DNA of 13,472 nt from Promethearchaeota archaeon (GCA_048941015.1 JBHLNZ010000035.1:18294-31765); one strand, 5' to 3'; positions 1-8,526 are shown, counted from the stretch's first letter. Translations and numbers: made by a program. The notes: generated by a model not told the origin, from the letters alone.

Positions 1-5
1 AAAAA

Positions 6-497
6 TTGAATAATGATGATAAAATTAAAGTAAAAAAAATTTTAGATGCATTTGAAAATGAAAATGGTAATACTATCTCATTACTTCAACAAATTCAAGA
101 ACAATATGGTTACTTACCTGAATATATATTAAACTATCTTTCCGAAGAACTAAAAATTCCAATCGCTAAGATCTATGGTATTGCTACCTTTTACTCGCAG
201 TTTTCTTTTACCGAAAAAGGAAAATATGTTATAACATGCTGTGATGGAACTGGATGTCATGTAAAAGGGACTCCTCTATTATTGGAATACCTCGAAAATC
301 AATTAAATATCAAATCTGGGCAAACTACAAAAGATAAAATGTTTACTCTAGAAGTTGTTAGGTGTTTGGGCTGTTGCGCAATTTCACCTGTATGTATTAT
401 TAATAACAAAATTTACGGGAATTTAAATATAAGAAAACTAGCAAAAATTCTTAAAAAATTAGAAAAAGAAGAAAAAATTAGCCTGAGCCCAAAATGA
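6..497 (+). CDS. nuoE: NuoE/HydC(BfuC)-like thioredoxin-fold [2Fe-2S] subunit
   Basis: Motifs LQQIQEQYGYLP, GIATFYSQF, C-DGTG-C and C-LGC-C give the Cx4C...Cx3C [2Fe-2S] ligands. TTG start at base 6; the true start could lie just upstream of the window. Its stop overlaps the next start (ATGA, 494-497). Confidence 0.93.
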   Translation: MNNDDKIKVKKILDAFENENGNTISLLQQIQEQYGYLPEYILNYLSEELKIPIAKIYGIATFYSQFSFTEKGKYVITCCDGTGCHVKGTPLLLEYLENQLNIKSGQTTKDKMFTLEVVRCLGCCAISPVCIINNKIYGNLNIRKLAKILKKLEKEEKISLSPK

Positions 498-2302
498 CCC
501 AAATTAAAAAAAGAGAAGTATTAATTTGTCGTGGCACCGGTTGTAATTCTCTTAATGCACAAGGAGTAAATGATAAATTAGAAGATTTAATTAAAAAATC
601 AAACTTACACGACTTTATACATATTAAGCGGACAGGGTGCCATGGTTTTTGCCAAATAGGGCCAACATTGATTATTAAGCCAGATAATGTAATCTATGTT
701 GTTCAACGACCTGAAGACATGGAAAATGTCGTTGAACAACATCTTAAGAGAGATACAGTAGTTAAAGAATTATTATATATTAATCCTGTTAATGGAAAAT
801 ATATTCAAAATAAGGATGACATCCAATTCTATAAAGCACAACAAAGAATAATAAGTGCAAATTGTGGTGAAATTGATCCTCAGGATATTGATGAGTATAT
901 TTCATTAGGTGGATATGATCTATTAAAAAAATGTTTAGTAGAATTGAACCCCCAGGAAGTAATTGAAGAGGTTAAAAAATCTCGATTGCGTGGGAGAGGT
1001 GGAGCTGGATTTCCAACAGGATTGAAGTGGTCATTCTGTGCTAGCGCTAAAGGCTCTCCAAAATATTTAATATGCAACGGTGATGAGGGAGACCCTGGTG
1101 CGTTTATGGATAGAGCCATTTTAGAAAGTGATCCACACTCTATCATTGAAGGCATGGCAATAGGCGCATATGCAATAGGCGCATCATATGGATATGTCTA
1201 TATTCGTGCTGAATACCCATTAGCCATTGAAAGATTTGAAATTGCATTAAAGCAAGCAAAAGAGAAAGGTTTCATAGGTAAGAATGCTAAAGGTATATTT
1301 AAAAAGCTAAAATTTGACATTGAATTACAAAAGGGTGCTGGTGCTTTTGTATGTGGTGAGGAAACTGCTTTAATGCAATCCATCATAGGAAAACGTGGTA
1401 ATCCTATGCCAAAACCACCCTATCCTGCTAACTCAGGATTATATGGTAAACCAACAAATATAAATAATGTAAAAACTTGGGCTAGTATTCCTAAGATCTT
1501 TGCAATGGGTGCAGACAATTACTCAGCTATAGGTTCAAAAGATGCTTCTGGCACAATTATTATAGCTCTTACAGGAAAAATAAATAACGGCGGTCTTGTT
1601 GAAATTCCAATGGGTACAACTATTAGAAAGCTGATTTTTGATATTGGAGGTGGAATTCCAGATAATAAAAAATTCAAGGCAATTCAAATTGGTGGTCCCT
1701 CGGGAGGTTGTATTCCGGCAGAATATTTAGACACTCCTATGGATTATTTGCATTTAACAGAATTGGGAGCGATTATGGGTTCTGGTGGGTTAATTGTTCT
1801 CGATGAAGATACATGTATGGTTGAATTGGCTCATTTCTTTATCAATTTTGCTCAAAAGGAATCATGTGGGAAATGTATTCCATGTAGAATTGGAACTAGA
1901 AAAATGCTACAAATTATTGAAAAAATTAAAGATGGACAAGGTACTTTAGAAGATCTTAAAAAATTAGAATCAATTGCCATTCTTGTAAAAAATGCTAGTC
2001 TCTGTGGTTTGGGACAAACCGCACCGAATCCGGTATTAACAACATTGAAATATTTTAGAGATGAGTATGAAGCACATATAAAAGGGATTTGTCCTGCTAA
2101 AGTTTGTAAAAACTTTATAGAATATAAAATTGTTGAAACAAAATGTACGTTATGTAATCTATGTGTAAAAAATTGTCCAGTACTTGCAATTGAGGGTAAA
2201 AATAATAAACCTCCTCGAATTAATTCCACAATTTGTACTAAATGTGGAGTATGTTTTAGCAATTGTCCTTCTAATTCAATTATCAAAATATCTAAAGGTT
2301 AA
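494..2302 (+). CDS. nuoF: NuoF/HydB(BfuB)-like FMN/NAD(H)-binding subunit, long bifurcating-type architecture
   Basis: N-terminal [2Fe-2S] domain (CRGTGC, GCHGFC). Core motifs GRGGAGFPTG, CNGDEGDPGAFMDR, GAGAFVCGEETAL, FKAIQIGGPSGG and ESCGKCIPCR...SLCGLG. Also HIKGICPAKVC and two C-terminal CxxCxxCxxxCP ferredoxin motifs. Confidence 0.95.
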   Translation: MTQIKKREVLICRGTGCNSLNAQGVNDKLEDLIKKSNLHDFIHIKRTGCHGFCQIGPTLIIKPDNVIYVVQRPEDMENVVEQHLKRDTVVKELLYINPVNGKYIQNKDDIQFYKAQQRIISANCGEIDPQDIDEYISLGGYDLLKKCLVELNPQEVIEEVKKSRLRGRGGAGFPTGLKWSFCASAKGSPKYLICNGDEGDPGAFMDRAILESDPHSIIEGMAIGAYAIGASYGYVYIRAEYPLAIERFEIALKQAKEKGFIGKNAKGIFKKLKFDIELQKGAGAFVCGEETALMQSIIGKRGNPMPKPPYPANSGLYGKPTNINNVKTWASIPKIFAMGADNYSAIGSKDASGTIIIALTGKINNGGLVEIPMGTTIRKLIFDIGGGIPDNKKFKAIQIGGPSGGCIPAEYLDTPMDYLHLTELGAIMGSGGLIVLDEDTCMVELAHFFINFAQKESCGKCIPCRIGTRKMLQIIEKIKDGQGTLEDLKKLESIAILVKNASLCGLGQTAPNPVLTTLKYFRDEYEAHIKGICPAKVCKNFIEYKIVETKCTLCNLCVKNCPVLAIEGKNNKPPRINSTICTKCGVCFSNCPSNSIIKISKG

Positions 2303-2307
2303 AAAAA

Positions 2308-5300
2308 ATGAGTAAAAAATTATCTTTTAAAATAGATAACAAAATTGTAGAGTTTTCAGAAGGTCAGACAATTTTACAAGTTGCTAAAAAAGCTGGAATT
2401 TATATTCCTACATTATGTTATATTGAAGATTTAAAACCGTATGGAGGTTGCCGATTATGCACCGTGAAAGTTGTTGGGGAAGGTAAACCACTAGTAACTG
2501 CTTGTTCTACCCCTGCTACCCAAAATATGGAAGTGATTACTAAGGATGATGAATTGCAAGATTTAAGAAAGGATATTTTGAAATTACTATTAAGTGAACA
2601 TCCCTCTTCGTGTTTAGTATGTGATCATAAAGATCAATGTGAGAATTTAAAGTATACGAAGAATAAATTTGGAAGGATGTTTGGCTGCTCTTCCTGTTCA
2701 AAAAAATTAACTTGTGAAATAAGAGAGATTGCTGATTATTTACAAATAGATGACATTCCATATGAACTTGAATATAGGAATTTGCCTCTTAAAAGAAATG
2801 AACCCTTTTTAGAAATAGATCCTAATATGTGTGTTTTATGTGGAAAATGCGTTAGGATTTGTAATGAATTGAGAGGGATTGGGGCAATCTCTCTCATAAA
2901 TCGAGGATATGATACCCAAGTTTCAACTGCCTTTGATAAATTACTTATAGATTCTAATTGTCAATTTTGTGGGGCATGTGTTGATATATGTCCTACGAGT
3001 GCATTATCCGTAATTAATTCAAAATGGGTAATAAATGTTGATGATATCGTAACTTCTACATGTGGGTTTTGTAGTGTAGGGTGTGGGTTTGATTATTATT
3101 CAGTAAGCGATAAAATAGTTAAATCAATTCCAAATAAGGATTGTGAAATTAATAAAGGACAATCATGTGTAATTGGAAGATTTTGTACAGTTCCATTCAT
3201 TAATGGGAAAGATAGGTTGAAATATCCATTAATAAGAAGGAATGGAGAATTAATTAATTGTAATTGGGATGAAGCTTATAATTCCATAATAGAAAATTTG
3301 AAAAAATATCGTCCAGATGAAATTGCTATATTAGCATCTCCTGATTTATCTAATGAATCCGCGTATGTTTTACATAAATTAGCACGCAAAATTGTAAAAA
3401 CTAATAATCTATTTACTAAAATCGATGGCAATTCAGTAGATATAATTAATGATTTATCGAAACAACTTTTCAATAAGGATTTTTATCCAGCATCATTTAG
3501 CACTATTGAAAATTCAGATCTAATTTTATTGATAAATGCAGATATTCAAAAAACGCATCCTATTTTATTGATAAACTTAAAAAAGGCAAAAGAAAATAAT
3601 GCAAAAATAATTTCTATAAACATTGGTGAATATAACTTACCATTTGAAACAGAAAGTTTGGTAGATATCAAAATAAATTTATCGATAGAAGGAATTAATG
3701 TCAAATTTTCAAGAGATTGGACTGAGCACCTTCATAATGATTCTAATCTAAATTTAAAAATTTCATCTAAAGATCTTAATCTCTTAATTTTACTATTAAA
3801 CAAGTATTTTTTAAAGCATGGAAAATATAAATCTGATCTCATTGAGAACTTCAAAGAATTTAACTTTTGGATTCAAAATCATGAAATTCTTGATGAGGAA
3901 AACAAGTTTGAGGAATTTTTTAATAGGATTTTAAATAATTGTTCAAATAATAAAATTACTATAATTTTAGGTCATTTAAATAAGATATCTAAAAATTATT
4001 TAAGAGATTTGATTGGAACAATCTTTAATTTGCGAATTCTCCTGAATAATAATTTAGATGTAATCCCATTATGGAATAGATCTAATATAGCTGGTGTGTT
4101 TCAAAATATATTTAATAATTCTATTGATTCTCAAGATAAAATTTTTAATGCAATTAGAGAAGGAAAAATCAAACTATTATATACAACTGAAAGAATTGAA
4201 AATATTGAATTGATAAAGTCAATCGAGTTTTTAATAATACAAGATATTTACCCTTCAGAAATGATGCAAATTGCTAATGTTGTTCTTCCAACTTGCACTT
4301 TTATAGAAAGTTCAGGATCTTTTATTAATTCTGAGCAAAAATTATTAACTTTTGAGAAGAGTACTTCAAATATTGGACAATCTCAACCAGATTGGAAAAT
4401 TTTCAGTGACTTAGCTAAAAAATTTGTTAACAATTTAAACATTAAGGATTTCGAATATTCAAATTCTAATGAAATTTTAAATGAATTGAAATTAAACAAT
4501 TTTCATTTTAAAGAACCCTCAACAATTAAAATGGATAACTCTTCTAACAAACTTAACTTATATATTCCTAGGTTAGAATTAGTTCCTTTAATCAATGAAA
4601 AACCATTTAAATTGAATGAATTCATATATCGTGGTGAAATGATTTCAGAGCAAGTTCCTGATCTTAGAAAACTAATAAAATATAGAAATATAAAGGAATC
4701 AAAAAAAGCAGTAAAAGTAAAACAAGAGAAATTACAAAAAACAAACTATAAGGTTAAATCAATTGAAGAAGTTGCTTTAAATATTTATAAAATTGTAATA
4801 AGCATACCATTTATACCTGCAAAGGCCAAACCAGGTAACTTTATTATATTAATGAAAGATGAAAAAAGTGAGAGGATTCCGTTAACATTATCAGATTGGA
4901 ATGTTGATGAAGGAACTATAACCGTATATGTACAAGATCGAGGTTTTTCTACTCAAGAGTTAACCAGATTAAAAAAAGGAGATTATATCTACAGTATTGT
5001 TGGACCGTTAGGTAACCCTATTGAAATTAAAAAGTATGGAACTGTATTATTAGCTGCTGGGTGTTATGGAATAGGAGCAATTTATCCAATTGCAAAAGCT
5101 TTGAAAGCAGCTGGAAATAAAATAATTATAGTTTTAGAAGCTAGAAATAAAAACTTTTTTTATTTAGAAAAAGAGTTTGAGGAAATTGCAAACAGAATTG
5201 AATATTTTACTTCCGATGGATCCAAGGGAGAAAAAGGAAAAATAAATCTTATTATTGAGAAATTATTCAACAAAATCTTTATAGATCAATGTTATTTTAT

Positions 5301-5616
5301 AGGTTGCAATCAAATGATGAAAGAAGCTTCAGATATAACAAAAACAAGTATTAAAATTCCAACTTTTGTAAGCTTGAATACAATAATGATAGATGGAACA
5401 GGATTATGTGGAGGATGTCGATTTACCTTAACTCAGGAAGGTAAAAAAATCACAAAATTTGCTTGTGTTGATGGACCGATTTTTGATGGTCATCTTGTTG
5501 ATTGGGACTTATTGATTGAAAGAGGTATTAACTATAGCGATTCTGAAATTGATGCATATAGAAGTCATAGATGTAAAGCATTAGAAAAATACGAATTTAA
5601 TGAAATTAATGATTGA
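2308..5616 (+). CDS. Fusion: NuoG/FdhA-like Fe-S scaffold with degenerate molybdopterin-oxidoreductase domain (aa ~1-810) + NfnA/SudB-like FAD/[2Fe-2S] domain (aa ~813-1102)
   Basis: Fe-S motifs: IPTLC...GGCRLC...TAC [2Fe-2S], HPSSCLVC His-ligated cluster, CVLCGKCVRIC, CQFCGACVDICP, and TCGFCSVGC...C. Mo-pterin fold motifs DRLKYPLIR, WDEAY, QDIYPSE, VVLP..FIE..GSFIN.E, PDWKI. C-terminal NfnA motifs AKPGNF, ERIPLT, GPLG, MIDGTGLCGGCR, CVDGPIFDGH. Confidence 0.9.
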   Translation: MSKKLSFKIDNKIVEFSEGQTILQVAKKAGIYIPTLCYIEDLKPYGGCRLCTVKVVGEGKPLVTACSTPATQNMEVITKDDELQDLRKDILKLLLSEHPSSCLVCDHKDQCENLKYTKNKFGRMFGCSSCSKKLTCEIREIADYLQIDDIPYELEYRNLPLKRNEPFLEIDPNMCVLCGKCVRICNELRGIGAISLINRGYDTQVSTAFDKLLIDSNCQFCGACVDICPTSALSVINSKWVINVDDIVTSTCGFCSVGCGFDYYSVSDKIVKSIPNKDCEINKGQSCVIGRFCTVPFINGKDRLKYPLIRRNGELINCNWDEAYNSIIENLKKYRPDEIAILASPDLSNESAYVLHKLARKIVKTNNLFTKIDGNSVDIINDLSKQLFNKDFYPASFSTIENSDLILLINADIQKTHPILLINLKKAKENNAKIISINIGEYNLPFETESLVDIKINLSIEGINVKFSRDWTEHLHNDSNLNLKISSKDLNLLILLLNKYFLKHGKYKSDLIENFKEFNFWIQNHEILDEENKFEEFFNRILNNCSNNKITIILGHLNKISKNYLRDLIGTIFNLRILLNNNLDVIPLWNRSNIAGVFQNIFNNSIDSQDKIFNAIREGKIKLLYTTERIENIELIKSIEFLIIQDIYPSEMMQIANVVLPTCTFIESSGSFINSEQKLLTFEKSTSNIGQSQPDWKIFSDLAKKFVNNLNIKDFEYSNSNEILNELKLNNFHFKEPSTIKMDNSSNKLNLYIPRLELVPLINEKPFKLNEFIYRGEMISEQVPDLRKLIKYRNIKESKKAVKVKQEKLQKTNYKVKSIEEVALNIYKIVISIPFIPAKAKPGNFIILMKDEKSERIPLTLSDWNVDEGTITVYVQDRGFSTQELTRLKKGDYIYSIVGPLGNPIEIKKYGTVLLAAGCYGIGAIYPIAKALKAAGNKIIIVLEARNKNFFYLEKEFEEIANRIEYFTSDGSKGEKGKINLIIEKLFNKIFIDQCYFIGCNQMMKEASDITKTSIKIPTFVSLNTIMIDGTGLCGGCRFTLTQEGKKITKFACVDGPIFDGHLVDWDLLIERGINYSDSEIDAYRSHRCKALEKYEFNEIND

Positions 5617-5658
5617 AGTTAAGGTAATTATAAATTAAATTGTAATTTTTAAGATAAA

Positions 5659-5663
5659 GAGGA
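5659..5663 (+). promoter_or_regulatory. Shine-Dalgarno-like site
   Basis: GAGGA ends 6 nt before the ATG at 5670, consistent with an internal cistron of an operon. Confidence 0.45.
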
Positions 5664-5669
5664 TTTTAA

Positions 5670-8402
5670 ATGGAAAAAAATACTCCTTTAATTGACATTT
5701 TACTTACAAATATGAATAAAATTCTAAAAATTGAAAAATATGATGAAATTAGAATTGAAAGTTTCATTAATTCATTAATAAAGGCAGAAAATGAAAGACA
5801 AAAGATTTTAAGAAAAATTAAGCAAATAAATAAAATAGATCTCCAACAATTAAAAAGTGAATTAGGAATACCTGAAAGAACTTTAATATATAATATTGAA
5901 TATTTAAAAGAATTGGGAAATTTAGAATTCATCGGAGAAAAATCTTTATTCTCTCAGGAAATTAAAGAAAAAAGTAAGAGTGAAGGGATTTTTCCTGATG
6001 TTTCAATTATCAGAGATGACCTTATATGTTGTGGATGCGGTTTATGTCAATCAATCTGTCCAGTAAATGCAATAGAATTTTTTGATGAAACATTTGAAAT
6101 CGATGAAGAAACATGTATTAATTGTGGGTTATGCTACGCTTGTTGTCCTCGATCATTCTATCCAAAGGAATTAAAAAGATCACTGGAAGAGAAACCAAAT
6201 GGTCTTAAATATTTAGAGCAATTAAATTATTATCGAGATATATGTAGAGCGCGAACTAAAGATCCTCATCTTAAAGAAGTCACTCAAGATGGAGGAGTTG
6301 TAACTTCATTACTTCTTGCTGCTTTTCGGATGAATCTAATTGATGCTGCTTTAGCCGTAGGCATATCAGATAAACCTCTAAAACCTTTTCCACTTATAGT
6401 CTCAAAAGAAGATGATTTACTACAAACAGCTGGAACGAAATATAGTAATTGTCCATCACTAAAAATATTAGATGATGCTTACAATTATAAAAATATTGCA
6501 GTTGTTGGCACTCCATGTATGATGGAATCTCTCCAAAAAATTTCTTTTTATCCTTTAAATAAGCCTTTATTTGATAATATAACTTTAAAAATTGGATTAT
6601 TTTGTATGGAATCATTTGATTATAACAAATTAATTGATTTTATAAAGACAGAGTTTTATAAAAATCCTGAAGAAGTTAAAAAGATGGATATAAATAAAGG
6701 GAGGATTTACATTTTTGATAAGCAAAATAAAATGTTTGACATTCCTTTAAAAAGAATTAAAAAGTATGGTAGGTTTGGATGCTTTATGTGTGATGACCTA
6801 ACTGCTGAACAAGCAGACATTTCTATAGGATCTATTGGTTCGGATTTCGGCTGGTCAACTGTGATTATAAGGACTGAAAAAGGAGCTAAACTATTTGAAA
6901 AAGCATTGAATATTAATATGATCGAAAAAGAAGAAATTAAAGAGGATAGTAAAAGCTTTCATTTGATTCGTACGATTTCTGATTCAAAAAAGAAAAAATA
7001 TTTAGAAATTCAACGCCAAAAGATGATTGAACAATTTCCTAATGATAGAATAAAAAACTTTAAAGAAGTACCAAAAGGTTATACAACTGAAATAGCTTTG
7101 TTAGAAAGCTCCAGATGCTTACAATGTGGTAATCCGTTATGCATTACTGGGTGTCCAGTAAATATTGACATTCCTGAATTTATTCGGTTAATAAGAAAAG
7201 AAAGATTTCGCGAAGCTGCACAAAAAATTTTGGAAACAAACTCTCTTCCTGCTGTATGTGGAAGAGTATGTCCTCAAGAAAATCAATGTGAAGGAGAATG
7301 TCTTCTAGGTAAAAGATTTAAACCTATTTCTATCGGTAATTTAGAACGATTTGTAGCTGATTTTGAGAGAAATAATAGAAGTTTTTTTATTCAAAAGAAA
7401 GAAGTTATAAAAAATATAAAGGTGGCAATATTAGGAAGTGGTCCAGCAAGTCTTACTGTTGCAGGCGATTTGGTAAAACTAGGATATGATGTTACTATTT
7501 ATGAAGCATTCCATAAAGGTGGTGGTGTTTTAGCTTACGGAATTCCTGAATTTCGCTTGCCAAAAAATATTGTAGATTCTGAAATTGAATATATTAAATC
7601 ATTAGGTGTTAATATCGAATACAATGTGATTATTGGAAAAACTTTAACGATTGATGATTTAAAAGCAATGGGATATGAGGTTATTTTCATTGGAATTGGA
7701 GCAGGTTTACCAATATTTTTAGGTATACCTGGAGAAAATTTAAAAGGTATTATTTCAGCTAACGAGTTTTTAACTAGAGCAAATTTAATGAAAGCGTACC
7801 GATTTCCAAATTATAATACACCTATTAGAATTGGGAAAAAAGTAATTGTTGTTGGAGGTGGAAATGTAGCATTAGATTCCGCAAGAACTGCCTTAAGGCT
7901 AGGTGCCGAAAAAGTTATAATAATTTATAGAAGATCTGAGGTTGAGATGCCAGCCAGGAGAGAAGAATACCATCATGCTTTAGAAGAAGGAATAGAATTT
8001 CAGTTTTTAACAAACCCAATAAGATTCATTGGAGATCATAATGGTAATGTTAAAGAAATAGAAGTTGTAAAAATGAGATTAGGAGATCTCGATCAATCAG
8101 GACGTAGAAGACCTATTCCTATTGAAAATTCAGAATATTTTATCGATGCTGATACAATTATAGTTGCGCTGGGTACTAAAGCAAACCCAATTCTTACAAG
8201 GTCAATTCCAGATTTAAATTTGAATAAATGGGGATATATTGAGACCGATGAAGATGGGCAAACTAATTTAGAAGGTATTTTTGCTGGAGGTGATATAGTG
8301 ACCGGTAGTGCGACAGTTATTTCGGCAATGGGAGCCGGAAAAAAAGCAGCAGTGGCAATTGATAAATATATCAAAAAAAAGTATAAGGAAAAAAATAAGT
8401 GA
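5670..8402 (+). CDS. Fusion: putative winged-HTH + 2x[4Fe-4S] + FrhB/FdhB F420-binding domain (aa ~120-445) + NfnB/SudA (GltD-like) NADP(H)-dependent flavoprotein (aa ~449-910)
   Basis: Ferredoxin motifs CCGCGLCQSICP and CINCGLCYACCP. FrhB motifs QDGGVVTSLL, AGTKY, VGTPC, IGLFCMESF, GC..C.D....ADIS.GS.GS..GWSTVIIRT.KG. NfnB motifs NFKEV, RCLQC...C..GCPV.IDIP, CGRVCPQENQCE, GSGPA, YGIPEFRLPK, GGGNVALD, YRR, AGGDIVTGSATVISAMGAG. Confidence 0.92.
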   Translation: MEKNTPLIDILLTNMNKILKIEKYDEIRIESFINSLIKAENERQKILRKIKQINKIDLQQLKSELGIPERTLIYNIEYLKELGNLEFIGEKSLFSQEIKEKSKSEGIFPDVSIIRDDLICCGCGLCQSICPVNAIEFFDETFEIDEETCINCGLCYACCPRSFYPKELKRSLEEKPNGLKYLEQLNYYRDICRARTKDPHLKEVTQDGGVVTSLLLAAFRMNLIDAALAVGISDKPLKPFPLIVSKEDDLLQTAGTKYSNCPSLKILDDAYNYKNIAVVGTPCMMESLQKISFYPLNKPLFDNITLKIGLFCMESFDYNKLIDFIKTEFYKNPEEVKKMDINKGRIYIFDKQNKMFDIPLKRIKKYGRFGCFMCDDLTAEQADISIGSIGSDFGWSTVIIRTEKGAKLFEKALNINMIEKEEIKEDSKSFHLIRTISDSKKKKYLEIQRQKMIEQFPNDRIKNFKEVPKGYTTEIALLESSRCLQCGNPLCITGCPVNIDIPEFIRLIRKERFREAAQKILETNSLPAVCGRVCPQENQCEGECLLGKRFKPISIGNLERFVADFERNNRSFFIQKKEVIKNIKVAILGSGPASLTVAGDLVKLGYDVTIYEAFHKGGGVLAYGIPEFRLPKNIVDSEIEYIKSLGVNIEYNVIIGKTLTIDDLKAMGYEVIFIGIGAGLPIFLGIPGENLKGIISANEFLTRANLMKAYRFPNYNTPIRIGKKVIVVGGGNVALDSARTALRLGAEKVIIIYRRSEVEMPARREEYHHALEEGIEFQFLTNPIRFIGDHNGNVKEIEVVKMRLGDLDQSGRRRPIPIENSEYFIDADTIIVALGTKANPILTRSIPDLNLNKWGYIETDEDGQTNLEGIFAGGDIVTGSATVISAMGAGKKAAVAIDKYIKKKYKEKNK

Positions 8403-8503
8403 TTTTTGAACTCGTTTATTCTTATGTCCTTGAAGGAAACCTATATTGAACATAGAGAGTAATTATTTTCATTATTCTCATCTTTCTAACAACATGATTA
8501 GTG

Positions 8504-8526
8504 TATGAACTTTTATATATGAACTT
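8504..8526 (+). repeat. 9-bp direct repeat TATGAACTT x2 upstream of the sulfotransferase
   Basis: Copies at 8504-8512 and 8518-8526 (14-bp period), with a TTTTATATA stretch spanning the gap. Confidence 0.4.

Noticed and set aside
6-5616. Respiratory complex I nuoEFG module
   Set aside because: No membrane or quinone-module genes are adjacent in the window, NuoF has the long HydB-type extensions, and the G-like subunit is fused to NfnA.
2308-5616. Formate dehydrogenase alpha subunit or [FeFe]-hydrogenase HydA
   Set aside because: No Cys/Sec-His Mo/W ligand motif and no H-cluster motifs (TSCCP, MPC..K..E, ExMxCxxGC).
5614-5622. Selenocysteine or readthrough at the TGA stop joining ORF3 to ORF4
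   Set aside because: TGA is followed by AGT TAA in frame, ORF4 is in another frame, and the position is not a catalytic Cys site.
7014-8402. Glutamate synthase small subunit (gltD)
   Set aside because: No large subunit in the window, and the NfnA domain in the preceding gene indicates an NfnB/SudA role.
880-8453. Short minus-strand ORFs (880-1155, 1198-1386, 1852-2286, 2540-2761, 3276-3473, 5666-5932, 6394-6615, 8093-8374, 8268-8453)
   Set aside because: Antisense shadows of well-supported genes with no recognisable motifs.
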